Source: Batkoa obscura (Eukaryota). Taken from it: 64,000 nt of DNA. The position numbers and the translations under genes were made by a program. The notes under the pieces were generated by a model. The model ran no database searches. It was not told where the DNA came from and saw nothing but the letters and a program-made list of their open reading frames with translations. The DNA lies in contig JASVEC010000027.1 in NCBI GenBank assembly GCA_030770535.1, forward strand, positions 186,001 through 250,000, given 5' to 3'. Position 1 is the stretch's first letter. Each line of letters starts with the position of its first letter. Of the stretch, positions 21,931 through 36,700 are shown one piece after another.

Positions 21931-24900
21931 CGATTTGTAAACTTAAATGGTATAGTCTTTGTTATTTAATCCAAATACTGCCTTACAATAAAGTTAACGT
22001 TTAACCCTTGAAGTTTCGGCTAATTGTTTTTAAAATTGGTAGCAATAGAATTAAGAGGAAATTGTATTATTTTTAAACTTCTAGATGCTATGTAGCATAA
22101 TGTTGTTTGCTTATCTAAAAGTTAATGGATTTAAAACTAGAATGATAATACAGAGCCTTTAGAGCACTTAGCCCGTCCCAGTGAAATTTTGTTATTTAAT
22201 ATTAAATCCAAATAAATTATAACATTGAACTTATTTTATGAACTCATTCAAATTTAGAGCCAAGAAATTAAAAAAATATAACAATGATTTCAAGCGAACT
22301 AGCCAGCTTAATATTAAAATAGATTCGTCTAAAAAAAGGATAATACTACAAGCTATAAATATTAACGATAAGAAAATAATTTTCAATAAATTGATGAAAT
22401 CATCAAGCTTACTATCTAACTGCAAGCTAAAGAATTTGTATTATATATAAACTGGGATCCAATTTAGTAATTCATTTGACTTACTAATTTTTATACTAAC
22501 TTTTGTACTCATTAACTAATGCTTTATTATCTAATAGTGCAGCTTACTAAATCAATTGATTTTTACCAGAATAACCAACTCTCAAATGAAGAAGTATGCA
22601 ACTTTATAATATGCTATTATAAAGAATTTATAACTATAACTGTAAACAAGCAAAGAAATATATTGGCGTCTCGAATATAAACTTTTTAGTTAGTAATAAT
22701 ATTTATTTTCTTATTTTCAGAATAGAATAATTTAATCATTGATCTTTCATCAAAAGTCTAGACTTTAACCCAATTGTAAAATTCATAGATCTTCTTCATT
22801 TTCCATTAATACAAATGTAGTATTTTACACGGCTATAAAACGTTAATCGTTTTTTCATAGCTATCTGGACTAATATTAAAGCTTAACATTATTGATAAGA
22901 TGATGGTATGCTTATAGTAAATAGTCTTATTCCTAAAGATAGTTTAAATCTTAAGGTAGCTTGGATTGAATTAATGTCTTATTTTTTGAAAAATAAATAA
23001 ATAGAATAGGCCAAAACTCTTTTAATTTCCAAAGATTTAAAGGATTTTATTGTATAATACTAATATTTACTATTTGAAACTTAATTTTAATGAAAACAAG
23101 TGACGATAAATGGGTCCATTAAAAAGGTAATCAATGCCACTAGCACACAAATATAATATTAAAATTTTGTTTTTTTCAAAAAGGCTATCAAGTTAAACGA
23201 TTTGGCATAATAAGTGCGCATTTTGGATAAAAAAGTTTATGATTTGAAATTACGCACACTGTTGATTTTAATAAAAAAGGCAACCACCAACAAAAACATC
23301 TAAAAAAAGCGATAACTTTTTTACCATTGTTAAAAATAATGGGGGTTATGCGCATGACTATAAAAAAATATTAGTTTTGTTCTTTCATTCAAATTTATGG
23401 GTTAATTTGTCTATATATCAACTAATGAATTTCGACAGTAGCCGGACCATTACGTTGATATTGGGTTTTTCTTTGGTAACAGCCTCACTTTGTTTTCTTC
23501 ATGTTAAATCAATACTCTGTTAAGTGCAGTTATATTATATTGTCATACATAAAAAGGTATAGGTATAAACTTACATATTTTTATATGTATGAGCAGAAAT
23601 CGTAAAATAAACGAGGATTGTATTTAAAACAACTTTTAATTTCTGGCTAAAAGTTTAAAGCCATAAACTAGTGCTAAGTTTAATCCGATATTGACATCCA
23701 AAATTCCAATCCTTATTGCTTATAGCTCCACTTTGTTTACCCACTTCTTCGTTTTTTATTCTGCTTGTCCCATACTCCTATCTAAAATAGGTTTGTATAG
23801 GAATATACTATAAACAAAATTAAAGTTTATCCTAAACCACTTTTACTTGGTAGCTTGATATGATTTGATATTAAACTACTTTTTATAACTTACATAATAA
23901 CTGTTATATAATCTCGACTATGCCTTTATAAATTTACATTAGATCATTATCCTCCCTATTTATATCTCAATTCCTCTTATTTGATAGCAAGTCATTTGAT
24001 AATTTCTTATATCTGCCTTCATTAATTTTTTCATTTAATAGTATGCTAGTGACTGTTTCAAACACAGTTTACTAACAAGCAAAAATCAAGTTAAATAAGC
24101 CAACTGTATATTATTGATTAGACAGTGATGCGAAAATAATAATGATAGTAACCAAAATAACAGCTGTTATTATTTCATAGTTACTATCCAATATATGTAG
24201 TAATTTCATAGTTAGATAGTACGATTCCAAATTTTATATCGTAGTTAGTATTTTTCGTAAATGATTTATATTAGGCCATTACTAAATTTGTGCTATTTAT
24301 AATTTAGAAACTTATTTTCTAATATATTGTAGCAAAAGCGATTAACTATTATTATTAATTTATAAAGATATAATATAAAAAACATTAAATAAAAAGAGAT
24401 AAAAGACAAAAACACTACCCCTATAATGAATGAAATTGAGCAAGTAAATAAAGTTACTAAAAAAGTATAAGAACTTAACTCAAGTAATTTGTAAGAATGA
24501 TTAGTCATTTCAATTTTATAGTCATAAGTAGGTTAATTAAAATAACCAGCTTTTTTAAAGGTCGAAATGTTCAATTTATCGAGCCTTTTCGCGCCATCTT
24601 TCATTTAAAATTTACCCAATGAAAAGAGCTAATGTTTCTATTTAGAATTTGATACGCTATTTTTAAGTATGACTTCGATAATGATTTAATTTTTTGAAGG
24701 TGGTTTATTTTTTTTCAATAAATTAAAGCTGGACGGATATAGATACAGGAAATAGATTTCGAAAAGTTGAATTTTAAATAAAAATTTGAAAATCTAAATC
24801 AAAATATTTCCTCTATGAAATTTACTAAGTTACACAAAAGTAGTTACACTACCATATATTTAGTATTTATTAAACGTGGGGTTAAAAGATAATGGTGTAA

Positions 24901-25329
24901 AATAACTTAATGAATATTATTTTGGCTAAAATAATCTTTTTATGATTTATTTTGAGAAGATAATAACTTATATTTTCAAATATCGGCCTTTAAATTAAAC
25001 AAGTATCAAACGATAAGTGATTCGAAAAACAGGTTTTAAATTAGTATTAACTCTAACCAGGCTTATAGTTGAAATGACTTGGGCAATAAAAGCACAATAG
25101 AGCCATGTAAATACCCTATAAATAGAATGAAAGGGATAAGATAATAGTCTCTTATCAATGATGGAACTTGTAACTTGAGATATCGGTTTCGATTGCCATA
25201 AAATTTCAAAAAACTGCAAATCATAATGATTATTAATTAATTTTTAAAAGATTATTTATTAAACTATTTTTTTTAAAAAGAGGTTAATGAAGAGATAAAT
25301 AAAAAATAGGAAGAGTAGCAAGCTAAAAT

Positions 25330-26265
25330 TTAAGGTTTTGAAGTAGCGTAAGGGAAGAGATAAGTGGCCATGCTTTTGTTTTCTCTTTGAGATTGAATTT
25401 TTGGTTTTGGGGTTGTTTTAAATTTTCTTTGAATACCTTCTTGAGAGAAAGAATAGTTAGGATATAGTAATTGCTGGATAGGATAAAAGAACTCAAAGCT
25501 AGGTGTTGAATTTTTACGATGAGTTGATTTTACCATTTCTAAATGACATTTTTTATATTTGGCTACTAATACCTTCCATCTATTTTTACATTTTTCTATA
25601 CTTCGCTTATATCCTTTACTCTCCATACTCTGTTTAATGACTGTCCATAAACCTGGATACCTTCTAATGTTTTGGAATTGATGGCTATTTTGTAATAAAA
25701 TTTGTATAAACGTATTTGTTTCTTCGTGATTCCAATTTTCAGCTCTTCCTCTTAAGTCATGATTGAAGATCAATGGCATGTTATTGTTATAATATGTGTT
25801 ATTTTCGCTCGATATAGTACTGTTCATAGGATAACTAGTCATTGTTGAATTCATTATACTTTCATTATTACTTGTACTTGTACTAGTCATTACAGGTACA
25901 TAAGACATCTCTAAAGGATAAGATACTTGAGCGTTAGTATTGTAATATACGGGCACCATACTAGCAGGATGACTGTTATAGTATAAATTATTGTTGGTAT
26001 TATCGTAAGCTTGATAGCTATTCATTTCAAATGAGCTTGTTGCTGGATGATTATGGTATGCGTCCATCTCATAATAATGATTGAAGTCATCTTGTACAGG
26101 AGCAATGTTATGATTTAAAGTGGTGGATGATTCTATGAAACCATCTTCTACCCAAGAAGATGGGGAGTTACTGATTGTTATAGTTTCGTAAGAGTTTATT
26201 GTACTACGTTGTGGAGCATGATAGCTATCCATAGTAGTATTGGGGATGTAGGTATTATAATCCAT
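25330..26265 (-). CDS. Myb/SANT-like (trihelix GT-1-like) DNA-binding protein, probable transcription factor
   Basis: NW..EET..FI....W..I...M...GY.RS.EKCKNRWK.L...YKK...F.F+ pattern; N/Y/S/M-rich low-complexity N-terminus; intronless. Confidence 0.88.
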   Translation of the reverse strand: MDYNTYIPNTTMDSYHAPQRSTINSYETITISNSPSSWVEDGFIESSTTLNHNIAPVQDDFNHYYEMDAYHNHPATSSFEMNSYQAYDNTNNNLYYNSHPASMVPVYYNTNAQVSYPLEMSYVPVMTSTSTSNNESIMNSTMTSYPMNSTISSENNTYYNNNMPLIFNHDLRGRAENWNHEETNTFIQILLQNSHQFQNIRRYPGLWTVIKQSMESKGYKRSIEKCKNRWKVLVAKYKKCHLEMVKSTHRKNSTPSFEFFYPIQQLLYPNYSFSQEGIQRKFKTTPKPKIQSQRENKSMATYLFPYATSKP

Positions 26266-29200
26266 ATTTTATAAATTTATAAGAATAAAGTGAAACGGAG
26301 GATATATACTAAATAAATTATAAAAGAAGATAGAATTTATAATTTTTTAAAATAAATGAAAGAAATAATAGAGTATTTATACTTTTTAAATTCACTTTGA
26401 TTTTGGATTATTTTCGGATACCAGTAATATTAAGCTAGAATGAATAGTGATTACTACTTATGGACTCTGTTTAAATATAGAAATTAGTTCTCAGACCGTT
26501 TGGCATAACTCATTACCTCATTTCAATCCAAAGAAAAATTTAAGCTCAATGTTTTTGAATTTTATAAACCACCCTCAATATTAAATCTCTTGATAAAAAA
26601 GTCAATAATAGGTCACTCACTAAGGGTGTAGGCAAAATTGCTAAAAAAAGCAGACAGTTCAACTCAGTTTAGCAATATATTTAGCGAGATCAATAATGGT
26701 AAATTTAAGCGCTTTTTTAATACTTTTTGATTAACTCAACAATTTGATTTATGATAATATGTTTAAAAATAAGTCAAAATCTGGACTATGTCTTTTATTA
26801 TATTTAAATTGTTTGATAGTTTATATTTTATTTTAAGAAGATTTATAATATTTTACTTTCTTTGTTGGGTGCTTTTATTGTATTATTTATATCAACTACT
26901 TCTTTAACTTTAGACTGCTATCTCTTTGGAATATGTAATTTTATAACAAAATTAAATCTTCTTAATTTAGCCTGCATCTCATTTATTTTAAAGTATGATA
27001 TCGAATAGGTGACAAAAGCTAACAGTGATTAAAATTTCAAGCAACTTCTAATTGGTATAATGTATTATTGATTTAATTGAAGCGTAATTAATAATAATAA
27101 CTATTATCTTTTGTCTTAAATAATTATTCGATTTTAAGTTTATTTTAATTCAAATTCTTATTAAAATTTATATTAAAAATTAAAAATTTAATAGATTGGC
27201 CCAAAATTTAAAAAAGAGCTAATCAATTTAAAGTATTTTAAAAATTGTACCAATGTCACCATAAAAACCCTAAGTTTAGTCTCAAAAGTAAAAAAGTCGA
27301 TAGACGAACTAAAATGAAAGGCTCAAAATATTATAACTGAATTAATAAAATATGGAAATAAAATTCATTTTAAGGAGTTTTCTATTTTAGATAATCTCAC
27401 ATCAAATTATTGTTATATTATTATTAAATTAGTAGCTTATTTTTCTAGTTACTGTAAACCCCATAGTAAACAGTTAAGATGTTAAACGACTTGGCCAAGG
27501 GTTAAACGAGAGACTCATAAGAAAGTTTCAGTTTGACTAGGGCAAAACAACACGGATGTTATCTTACTTTAAAATAATCAATGCAATCATTACAATAAAG
27601 GGATGATGGCATTAAGGTAAAATTAAAAAATTAAAAAAAGTGTAAGATTGTTATAAAAGCCCAAGATGACTATTTTTGGTCCTATTTCTTTATATAGTAA
27701 AATTCCTATTATCATCTCTAATAGGTTTTGTTTGGTGCTTTTTTAAAGTTATAATTAAGTATTAGCCGGCAGTTTGGATTATGTTCAGTATAATGGATAT
27801 AAGATAATAACATTAAATTGAAATTGTTTTCTTTTGTATTATATTAAAATAATAATGCTAGCTTGCTTTGTTTCTTTTTCTTTTTCTTTTTTTTATTCTT
27901 TACTTGTAGAATATTAAAAATACTCAAATACATGAAATGAAATTAATAATTATAGTAATTTACACCGGATATATTAGTTTAATGGAATTCAAAATTTAGT
28001 TTACAACTTTAAGATTGAGCTTCATGGGCATAATTCAATCTGTAATATAGGGGTAATTACTCAAATTAGTTTGCTCTCATGTGTTAATGTTCCAGTAGCT
28101 AATTTTACAGTTTTGAAAACTTTATCATCTATGTTTTATAATTTAATGCTTTAAGAATTTGACCATCCTTATAGTTAACCTTTTTATCTAACATTCATTC
28201 ATTGTTTGAGGATATTAGTTTTTCTGATTTTCTAGCTTTAAATTCGGTGAAGCTATTTGCTGCAAATCTAATTTTAATTTAGCTTCAAACCTATTTTCAA
28301 ATTAAGCTAAAAGCCGGAATTAAAAGATTGAGCAAGCTCGTTTTATGGAGCGGAATTTTTTTTCCTTTAGACCCCTTAATGAAAATTTTGAAAAGGGCTT
28401 GTTAAAAAACATTATAGTCAGGGAAAATTTAAAATTAATTGAGTTTCAACTTGATTTCAACCCAGTTCCTCTTACTTTGAAATTTTGGCTTAGAAATAAT
28501 GCTTCATTTTTATTTTCAGGTAGTTTAAGAAAGAATTTTATTTAGTAGATTTATTATTTTTCCTTAAAATATAAATAAAAAATAATTAGTAAGGTTAGTC
28601 ACTCGCATAAAATTAAAATATTTGATAAAGGATTAAATCATTTACAGTTAACTATCAAATTATTCTTTTTATCTGAAAAATGAGTGAAAGTAGTAATTGG
28701 GTTAACAAAAATAGCTTTTTTCGCTTTATAAAATAAAGTTTATTTATAACACTTTATCCTTCTTATTTTAACCATCCATTCTTTAAAAATCAATTAGAAA
28801 AATTCACTTGATAGTTGAAATTAATTTTAATTAAAATGCTACCACTTAAAAATAAATGAATTAGCTTTGAAAGAAATTTATTTTTCCCATCTCTTTTTGG
28901 CTATTTGCTTTTTAAATTTATTTTCATTAAATCGAACTATATAATTTTGTATTTAAAATTTTGTCAAGTAACTCAATTACATAACATTAATATATTACAA
29001 TTGTAGCTTGTTTAAGGGAATTTATATGCTTTAATCTAATAAATATGATCATTTCAATAAAGTTTAATTTGGAAATAATATACGCAATTTATTTAATTAC
29101 CCCATAGAAATTTAAAATTTAAAATTTAAAATTAAACACTCGGATACTTCAACAGATTTAATAATAAATTTAAAATTATTTTCAAACATTTAATGTATAA

Positions 29201-31960
29201 AAGTCAAAAAAAAATAAAAAGAAGCTCAGGATTTTCATTAATAATCCCGGATACTTATAAAAGTTTTTTAAATTAACTAATTTAAACAGTCAAAATCATT
29301 TTAAGAATAATATAGTTGAATCTACTCATTGCTACACATTGATTATTAGTTATATGTTATGATTCAGGTAACGTAATGACAAGAAGGAATTGTAGCTTAA
29401 TAAAAGTTATTTAATATCTCATCATGCTTGGCTCTAGGCCATAAAATATTAATTTTATAGTTTAATAACAAAATATTCTATTCATCAAATCAATCAGTTT
29501 TTTTCAAATAAATTATAGTCATTCCCAATAGATAAAAAAGGAGGTGCTTTTATAAAAAACTGTAAAGCTATTTTTAAAACACATTTCTTATTTTAAGTCT
29601 TGCTATTATTAAAGTTCAGTTTCTTGTACCCTAACTTGACACTTAATGTTTGTAACTATATTTAGCAAATACTTTTTTTTACCACGATTTGATTAAAAGT
29701 TGCTTTTGTATATTCTTAAAATATTAAATCATCCTTTTTATTTTAAAATAAAAGTACTATATTTACTAAACATAAATATTATCTACTATACTACAATATC
29801 GACCCTTTGGACAAAAAAGATGGCACTTTTTTAATAATATTCTTTAGTCACCCTAAACCATGGTAACTTTCAAGAATTGTTTTAGTATTTAAAATAATGT
29901 TTTTGTTTTTATTGAATGGACCAGGTAAGTCATCTGATGCTTACAAGATAAGGTAGCTCAAAAGTTATATTAAAATAATTTATTTATGATTATAAGGTTT
30001 CCTTTAGGATACGTGAGACTGATTACCAAAGTATAACTTTATTTTTAGAAAATGATTATTTAATATATTCTCTAACTTGATTTTTAATATATAGTTATTC
30101 CCTTTGATTTTTGTAATTTGATTTCGTTGTATTGTTTTAGCATTATTATTTATTATTATTATTATAAACATTGTTCAACTTTTTTATTTCCTATTTATTT
30201 TAACAGTCATTAGGGATTATTTTTTGTTCTTTATTCTTTAATAAGTTTAAAGGTTATTATTATATAATGATTAAAAAAAGAATCTTAGATAGTTTAACTT
30301 ACTATAATATATAAATACATGGAATAGAATAGCATCATATGTATTTTTCAAAACGGTATTTATATAATTTGAAGTATCTATCTATAGTTTTAAAAAAAAA
30401 AGAGGGTTGACGATTCTATCTTAAAAAAAGGCAAAAAAACACTCCTAATTTTGCGAAGAGAATAAAAACTAAGTTTGGGTTGATTTTTTTAGATAAAGTC
30501 GGATAATGGTTTATATAAAGAAATAACAAACATAATGTTTTTTTATTCTAACATAAATTTTGATTTATTTATTGCCATCATGTAATACTTTTATAAATAA
30601 ACATCAGTCTAAATCGGAATTGTTTAGTTGATTTTTTTGAAGTATAAACCTCACAGAATTAGCTACGTTAATTTCAAAAATTTAATAAGCTTTGTATGGG
30701 TTTTTAATTAAAATAGTCTAAAAGTAAGGCGATTTTACTCATTTTTATAATTTTGTATTTTGAATCTTGGCTTATCTGTTTAAATTCAAACAAAAGCCCA
30801 AACAGTTTTCTCCTAAAGAATAACGTATCTTAATTAATAAAGAACATTTCCTTGCTTTATTTTTCCTAAAAAAAACATCTCAAAGGATCAAATGTTGCTT
30901 GCCTATACCTCCTTTAGTCTGCAAGTTGAAATAATTGAGTTCTAACTCATCTCCTCTCATTAGGTCACCATTCACTATTCCTTTATACCCTATTGTTTTA
31001 GATATTCCACGCTTCGTTCTTTTTATATGACTTTTACCTTTAGGTTTTTTATGCTATCTTGTTTATACATTATTTTTTATTTCTAGTTACCAAAAGCATT
31101 CAAGTCTAAAACTTCATATATTATGGTTATCAAATTTTACTATCACTAAATATGTATTTTACAATAAATATAAAAAATAATAAAATAAAGCAGCACACCT
31201 GAAATTCGTAAATATACTAACAATCAAATAAATGAACCTTAAAATAATGACAACCATTAAATTTTTAAATGAATTATCAAACCTAATGATCTGTATAATT
31301 AAAACAAGGCTTATACTTAATATATATTCGCTATAAAATCAGCATTCTAATGCTTATAAATACTATTTAAAGTTCATTTTAATCTAATAAAAAATAATAA
31401 TAAACCTATATATTTGTACCTTAAACAATTATTTTAATTATTTTAATTATTTTTAAATTAAGTTTAAGTTATTTGCTTTATTTAGTTAATAACGCAACCC
31501 ACTAAATTTTTTTCAAACTTTTGTTTGGGTGCTTTAAGAAATCCGCTTCTTATCTTTATAAATTATGATTGTTGGGTATTTAGATTTTAATATGAACACA
31601 AAATTACATAATACTCAACGATAACTGGCTAGAATAAATTTAAGCCCAAATTCTAGCCTATTTAAATAAAAAATAACAGTCTTTTCGGTTTGCATGGTCT
31701 ATCCTCGGCCTAATAATTATATCAATCATGACTTTTACCATAAATCGGCTTTTTTTCGCTCAATTAATCAAAGATCCACTTCATTTTACAATTTTTTTTG
31801 GGTGCTTAATAAGGTTCGCTAATCAAATAATAGTAAAAATAAAGTCATTAGGTTGAAACATTTTTTATTACCCTACAACTTAATTTATTAACAAATTTAA
31901 ATTGATGTTTTGTGTATTTTCCGTCTTTATAATACACCATTTTCAGTTAGATAATATTGA

Positions 31961-32101
31961 TATTTTATTTTATTTTATTTTATTTTATTTTATTTTATTT
32001 TATTTTATTTTATTTTATTTTATTTTATTTTATTTTATTTTATTTTATTTTATTTTATTTTATTTTATTTTACTTTATTTTATTTTATTTTATTTTATTT
32101 T
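31961..32101. repeat. (ATTTT)n pentamer microsatellite, about 28 units
   Basis: Nearly perfect array with one ACTTT variant. Confidence 0.95.
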
Positions 32102-32798
32102 CCAAGTCTCATTAAAGATGATGTTAAATATATAAATTTGAGTACCAAAACTGCCAACTTTAAACAAGATTAGACAAGAAGCTCGAAAGCCACCATTACT
32201 CTAGTATAGCTTATTGTTTACTCTTATTTTCATATAAAATTGCGAATTTCTTTATATTTTAACCTAATGTTTAGCTTAGTACATTTGGTATCAAAGTGTG
32301 TCAATATTTTTATCCTCTTTTTATTACTTTAGTACCTTTTAAAATGATACACAACAATTCTAATTTTTAGAGTACTTTTTTAATATTACAGTTATAATAA
32401 AACAACAATTAAGAAAGTAAAATAAACAACATGTGGCCCACTTTAAATTTTAAAAAACCAATATAAATAATGTTGGCATAATTATATAATATTTCTATAA
32501 TTTGATTTTATTAATAACACTAAATGTCGAAGCTGGTATTCTAAAACTAAATAATTTTTTTACAGTTATCTAATTATTATTTTATCTATACTATGATAGT
32601 ATATGACAGGCTCTTATTCATAAATAATTAAGTATGCTATAAGTAAACGCTTTTTAAAACAAAAACAGAAATTATACCACAACCATTTAATAATTTTATC
32701 AATTTTTTATGCAATAAAAAATCTAAAAATGCTAATTGAATGCTAAAATAAACTACTTTTTTGTTTAACCACTAGAATACATTTGGCAAGCTAGATAT

Positions 32799-32896
32799 GG
32801 GGATGTATTTTTGTTTAAAAATTTTACTAACAGTTATTCTACTCAAATAGCGCTTGAAAAATGAAAAAAATGATGAAATCAAAAAAATACATCCCC
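32799..32896 (+). mobile_element. MITE family A copy 9
   Basis: GGGGATGTA...TACATCCCC; flanks ATAT/AAAT. Confidence 0.87.
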
Positions 32897-33612
32897 AAAT
32901 ATTACTGTGATTAGGTAAAAAATTATACCCAGATAGTTGAAATCCCTTCTCTTGTTTACTTTATACATGTATATTAGCTATTCTATTATTCATTATCACT
33001 GTTAAATAAAATAATGTGAGCTTTTTAAAAAAATTCGACATTTAAGTTAAATAAATGGAATAGTATAAATAAAACGGGATTTTTACAAAACTTTATAAAG
33101 TAACTGTAACTCTAAAAGTAAAAGTCTAAAGGACTGAAAATTTATTTAAATAACTTACCTGGATTATATAATAGATTTATAAAATAAAATTACCAAATCT
33201 CTATTCAAATACCAAAGTTATTACTATCTGAAGTTAGACCTATTATCAATAAACTTTTTAATAAAAAATGCTAATAAAATAAATATTAAAAATATTAAAA
33301 ATATTAAAAAAGTAAGTTTTTATTATCATTTAGTAATTTAAATTACTAAGATTCATAAAATTAATTAAAAAAATTCTCTAAGTGAATTAATTTTATTTTA
33401 TCTAGTAAATATTTTAGCTTTTCAAAAAACCACTATAAAAATCCTGTCTTGCCTATATTCGAAAAAGCCCAATTTTTTTTTAAATATGCGCTAGATCATA
33501 AAACTTGTAGTGTTTATCAGCATAAAAATAAAATGAGAGAAACATACAAGCAATTATATTTTCAAAAATTATAAATCGAAAATTACATTGTTTTTGTCTA
33601 AAAGGGATATAT

Positions 33613-33713
33613 GAGGATGTATTTTTTTTGGTTTCATTACTTTTTCCATTTTTTAAGCACTATTTGAGTGGAAATATTGTTAGTAAAATCCTTAAACACA
33701 AAAATACATTCCC
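33613..33713 (-). mobile_element. MITE family A copy 10
   Basis: GAGGATGTA...TACATTCCC with ATAT/ATAT TSD. Confidence 0.87.
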
Positions 33714-36700
33714 ATATTTTAAAAAAATTAAAGAGGTTTACGTTTATTTAGTTAAAAATATTATATAGAAAGATTATAGAAGAAAGAGAAGTAAAATTGA
33801 CCCTTTATTACATGAAAGGAGAAATATAGCTCTTTTAATTCTAAAATATTGTATATTTTAAGTATAAAATAAATTAACTATCGAAATATAAACTAGTAAA
33901 ATTAAGTTAGTTGTTATAAAAGGTAAATTAATTCCAAACAATCTAAAAAAAAACCTTTTATAATTTGATATTTACTTTGTTAAGGAACTTTTTGAATGAT
34001 TTATAAGTCATTTAGTGTAATTATCTATTCTGATAACTATAAAAGTTTTATATAAAAATCTTTATTTATTAAAAACACTGAATAGCCCTTTGATTACTCT
34101 AATGATAGCTTTGATAATCTTTATAATTATAACTTTTAGAAGCTTTAGAGGTATAAACAACTTTTTCTTTTTGATAAATATTTCTTTATTAAGTGAATTT
34201 TCAAACACTTCTCTGATTTTCAAACTGTTTACAACATTTCACATTCTATCGTTGCTCAATTAGTATTATAGTTTAGTACACCTAGCATTGGATTACCCGA
34301 TCACAAGTTTTAATAATAAGACATGATGGCTACTAAAGTGTTTAACAAAAATAAGGGTTTACTATAAAAAGAAAGATATTACCAATTTAAGTTAAATTTC
34401 CTTTGATAGAATTATGATTAAGTGAAAATTATGAAGACGACTTTATTAAGAAATATAAATCAAAATAGCTAAATATAAACTATTTCATTGATATTTCACT
34501 TTATTCGCTTTTCTGGCTAACTCAAGTACTGATGCTTTGTAAAAGTAAATAAAAGTATAATAAAAAAAGCTAGATTAAACATTAGCTTTAAGGCTCAAAC
34601 AACAATGCGAAAAATTCAGATATCAACGTTGAATTTGAGTTAAAATAAATAATTATTATATAATTAAGCTTTAATAGTTATAAGGAATCAATTTTTAAAT
34701 TGAAACTTTAATATATTTATAAAAAATTATGAAATAAAAACGTAATTTAGTTGATATACTAAAAATGGTTTTTATTACTATAAATATTTAATTGTTACTA
34801 TTTATTTTTTACATGCTTTTTAACTTTTGTTGATCGAAATCTAGGGTGGCTTTTTTGTTTTAACTCTTTGAATTGGCATAAAAAGTTAAATTTTAAGGGG
34901 TTAATTTGCTTAATTTATTGAAGTTTATTTTATTTTAATTATTTTGCACTTTACCAACAAGCTTCTAGTCATATTTAGAATAAGAATTTTAATAAAGTAC
35001 ATATTAATGCCGCCACCCCCATTATATATCATGTAGTTTTAATTAATTTTATTAGTTTTATTTCATAATATCTAGAATTTAAAGTTTAAACTTGTTTGAC
35101 CTTAAACTACGTATGTTAATAGCTTATAAGTTATAAGTGATACTATCATAATGAGGGAATTACCTTTTATGTTTAGATCCCGAGATCTTTTTTTCTGTGT
35201 TTAAATTGTTTCAAATTATAATTATATATAATTACGAATATAAACAATTTGTAATTAAATATGAACTTTTACAAGAATTCATCAAATTTTATGGTTCTTT
35301 TATTGTTTTAAGTGTATTTAAAATTTTAGAAAAGTTAAATCAAGTCATGTCAAATCAGAATGCATTTCATTTTGTAATGTTTTTTATTACCAATTTAATT
35401 TTATTACTAAATAAAGTATTTTGTGAGTTCATAATCAGGTATTTAAGATGATTATTAAGTTGAACACTTATCACTCAAATAGTTATGTAGGTATATCTTT
35501 GTTCCAAGATTTAAACAATGATACTTTGACATTTAAACTACTCAAATGGAAGAAGGCATTATAATATCAATTTATTAAAATCCTCGGAAATATAAAGCTC
35601 AAGTATTTTGCTATAATAAACCATATATTTAGTTTATTGTGATATTTGTAAATTAGTATTTTACAATGTAAATGAGATGCAAAAACCTGCGTTCAAGAAG
35701 AAACTCCTAAATTTAGCACGATAAGCTATTTCATATAAAACCAAGGTCTTGTTAAAATTAAAACATTGACTATTAATAAATTTTTAATATTATAAAAGGA
35801 AAGATCCTTTATAGGATATTGTTGGTTTCAAAATAGTATTCAAGGAACCATATAGCATTACTAAAGTTTTGGAACCATCCACATAATTTTTATTAAACAG
35901 CTATGTGTTAACTTAGGCTATAAATGTACTATTTTTAACGTTCTACTCTTATTTAATTTGAGTATTATGACATATGTCCATTTGAAAAGCACCCCTATGC
36001 TTTATATTACTTTATAATAAAATTGAAGATTATTTGCTGCTTATAATTTAATTTATCGACTATTTGTATTTAAAATATAATGTTTTGTTTAGTATATCGT
36101 CATTTCTTAATCCTATATTATAATAAGCTCATAATAAACAGAGACACCCTTATCACAAATCATAAACCTAAAATGGACTATAGAATAAGTGTTTGTTATT
36201 TTATAATGAAATTTATAATTACTATATATATATTTAATAGATATTGAGAGAGGGTACAGCATAAGCCTAATAGTTTGCCTAACAACTACTTTAAGTATAT
36301 ATAAGTTATTTATAGATTGACAAATAAGAAACGAGTATATAATAGTATAAGTTAGTAGTGCTATATGGATTGCATTAAGGTATAGTAAAATAGCTAAATA
36401 TAAGGTTTTGTTAATAAGTAGAATGATAGATACTTATTTGGCTAACCCGTTTATTACTGGATATTAAGGAGTTAATGTATAAGCTATTTATTTGAACCAA
36501 AACCATTTTGACCATAAAGAAATATTATTGAAACAAACTAAAAATAAGGGTCCCCTAGAAATTGAAACTTTTAACTACTATTCTTTTTTGGTAAAACTGT
36601 GAGTCTACCCTTGGCTCAGAGCGGAAAATCTATATCATCCTAAAGTTTCTTAAGTAAAAGCCTCTGCCACGGCTTATGATATTTATTTATGTAAAAAATA

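Noticed and set aside
31902..32135. 77-aa ORF with ILFYF repeats
   Set aside because: Translation of the (ATTTT)n microsatellite.
34080..34620. Coding-like relic (e.g. FKHFSDFQTVYNISHSIVAQLVL*)
   Set aside because: Multiple stops and no family recognisable by eye; it would need tBLASTx to support.
20310..35451. Short AT-rich ORFs at 20310, 22231/22238, 24293, 24995, 28345 and 35197
   Set aside because: 60-87 aa, I/L/F/K/N-rich as expected from random AT-rich DNA; no motifs or convincing splice partners.
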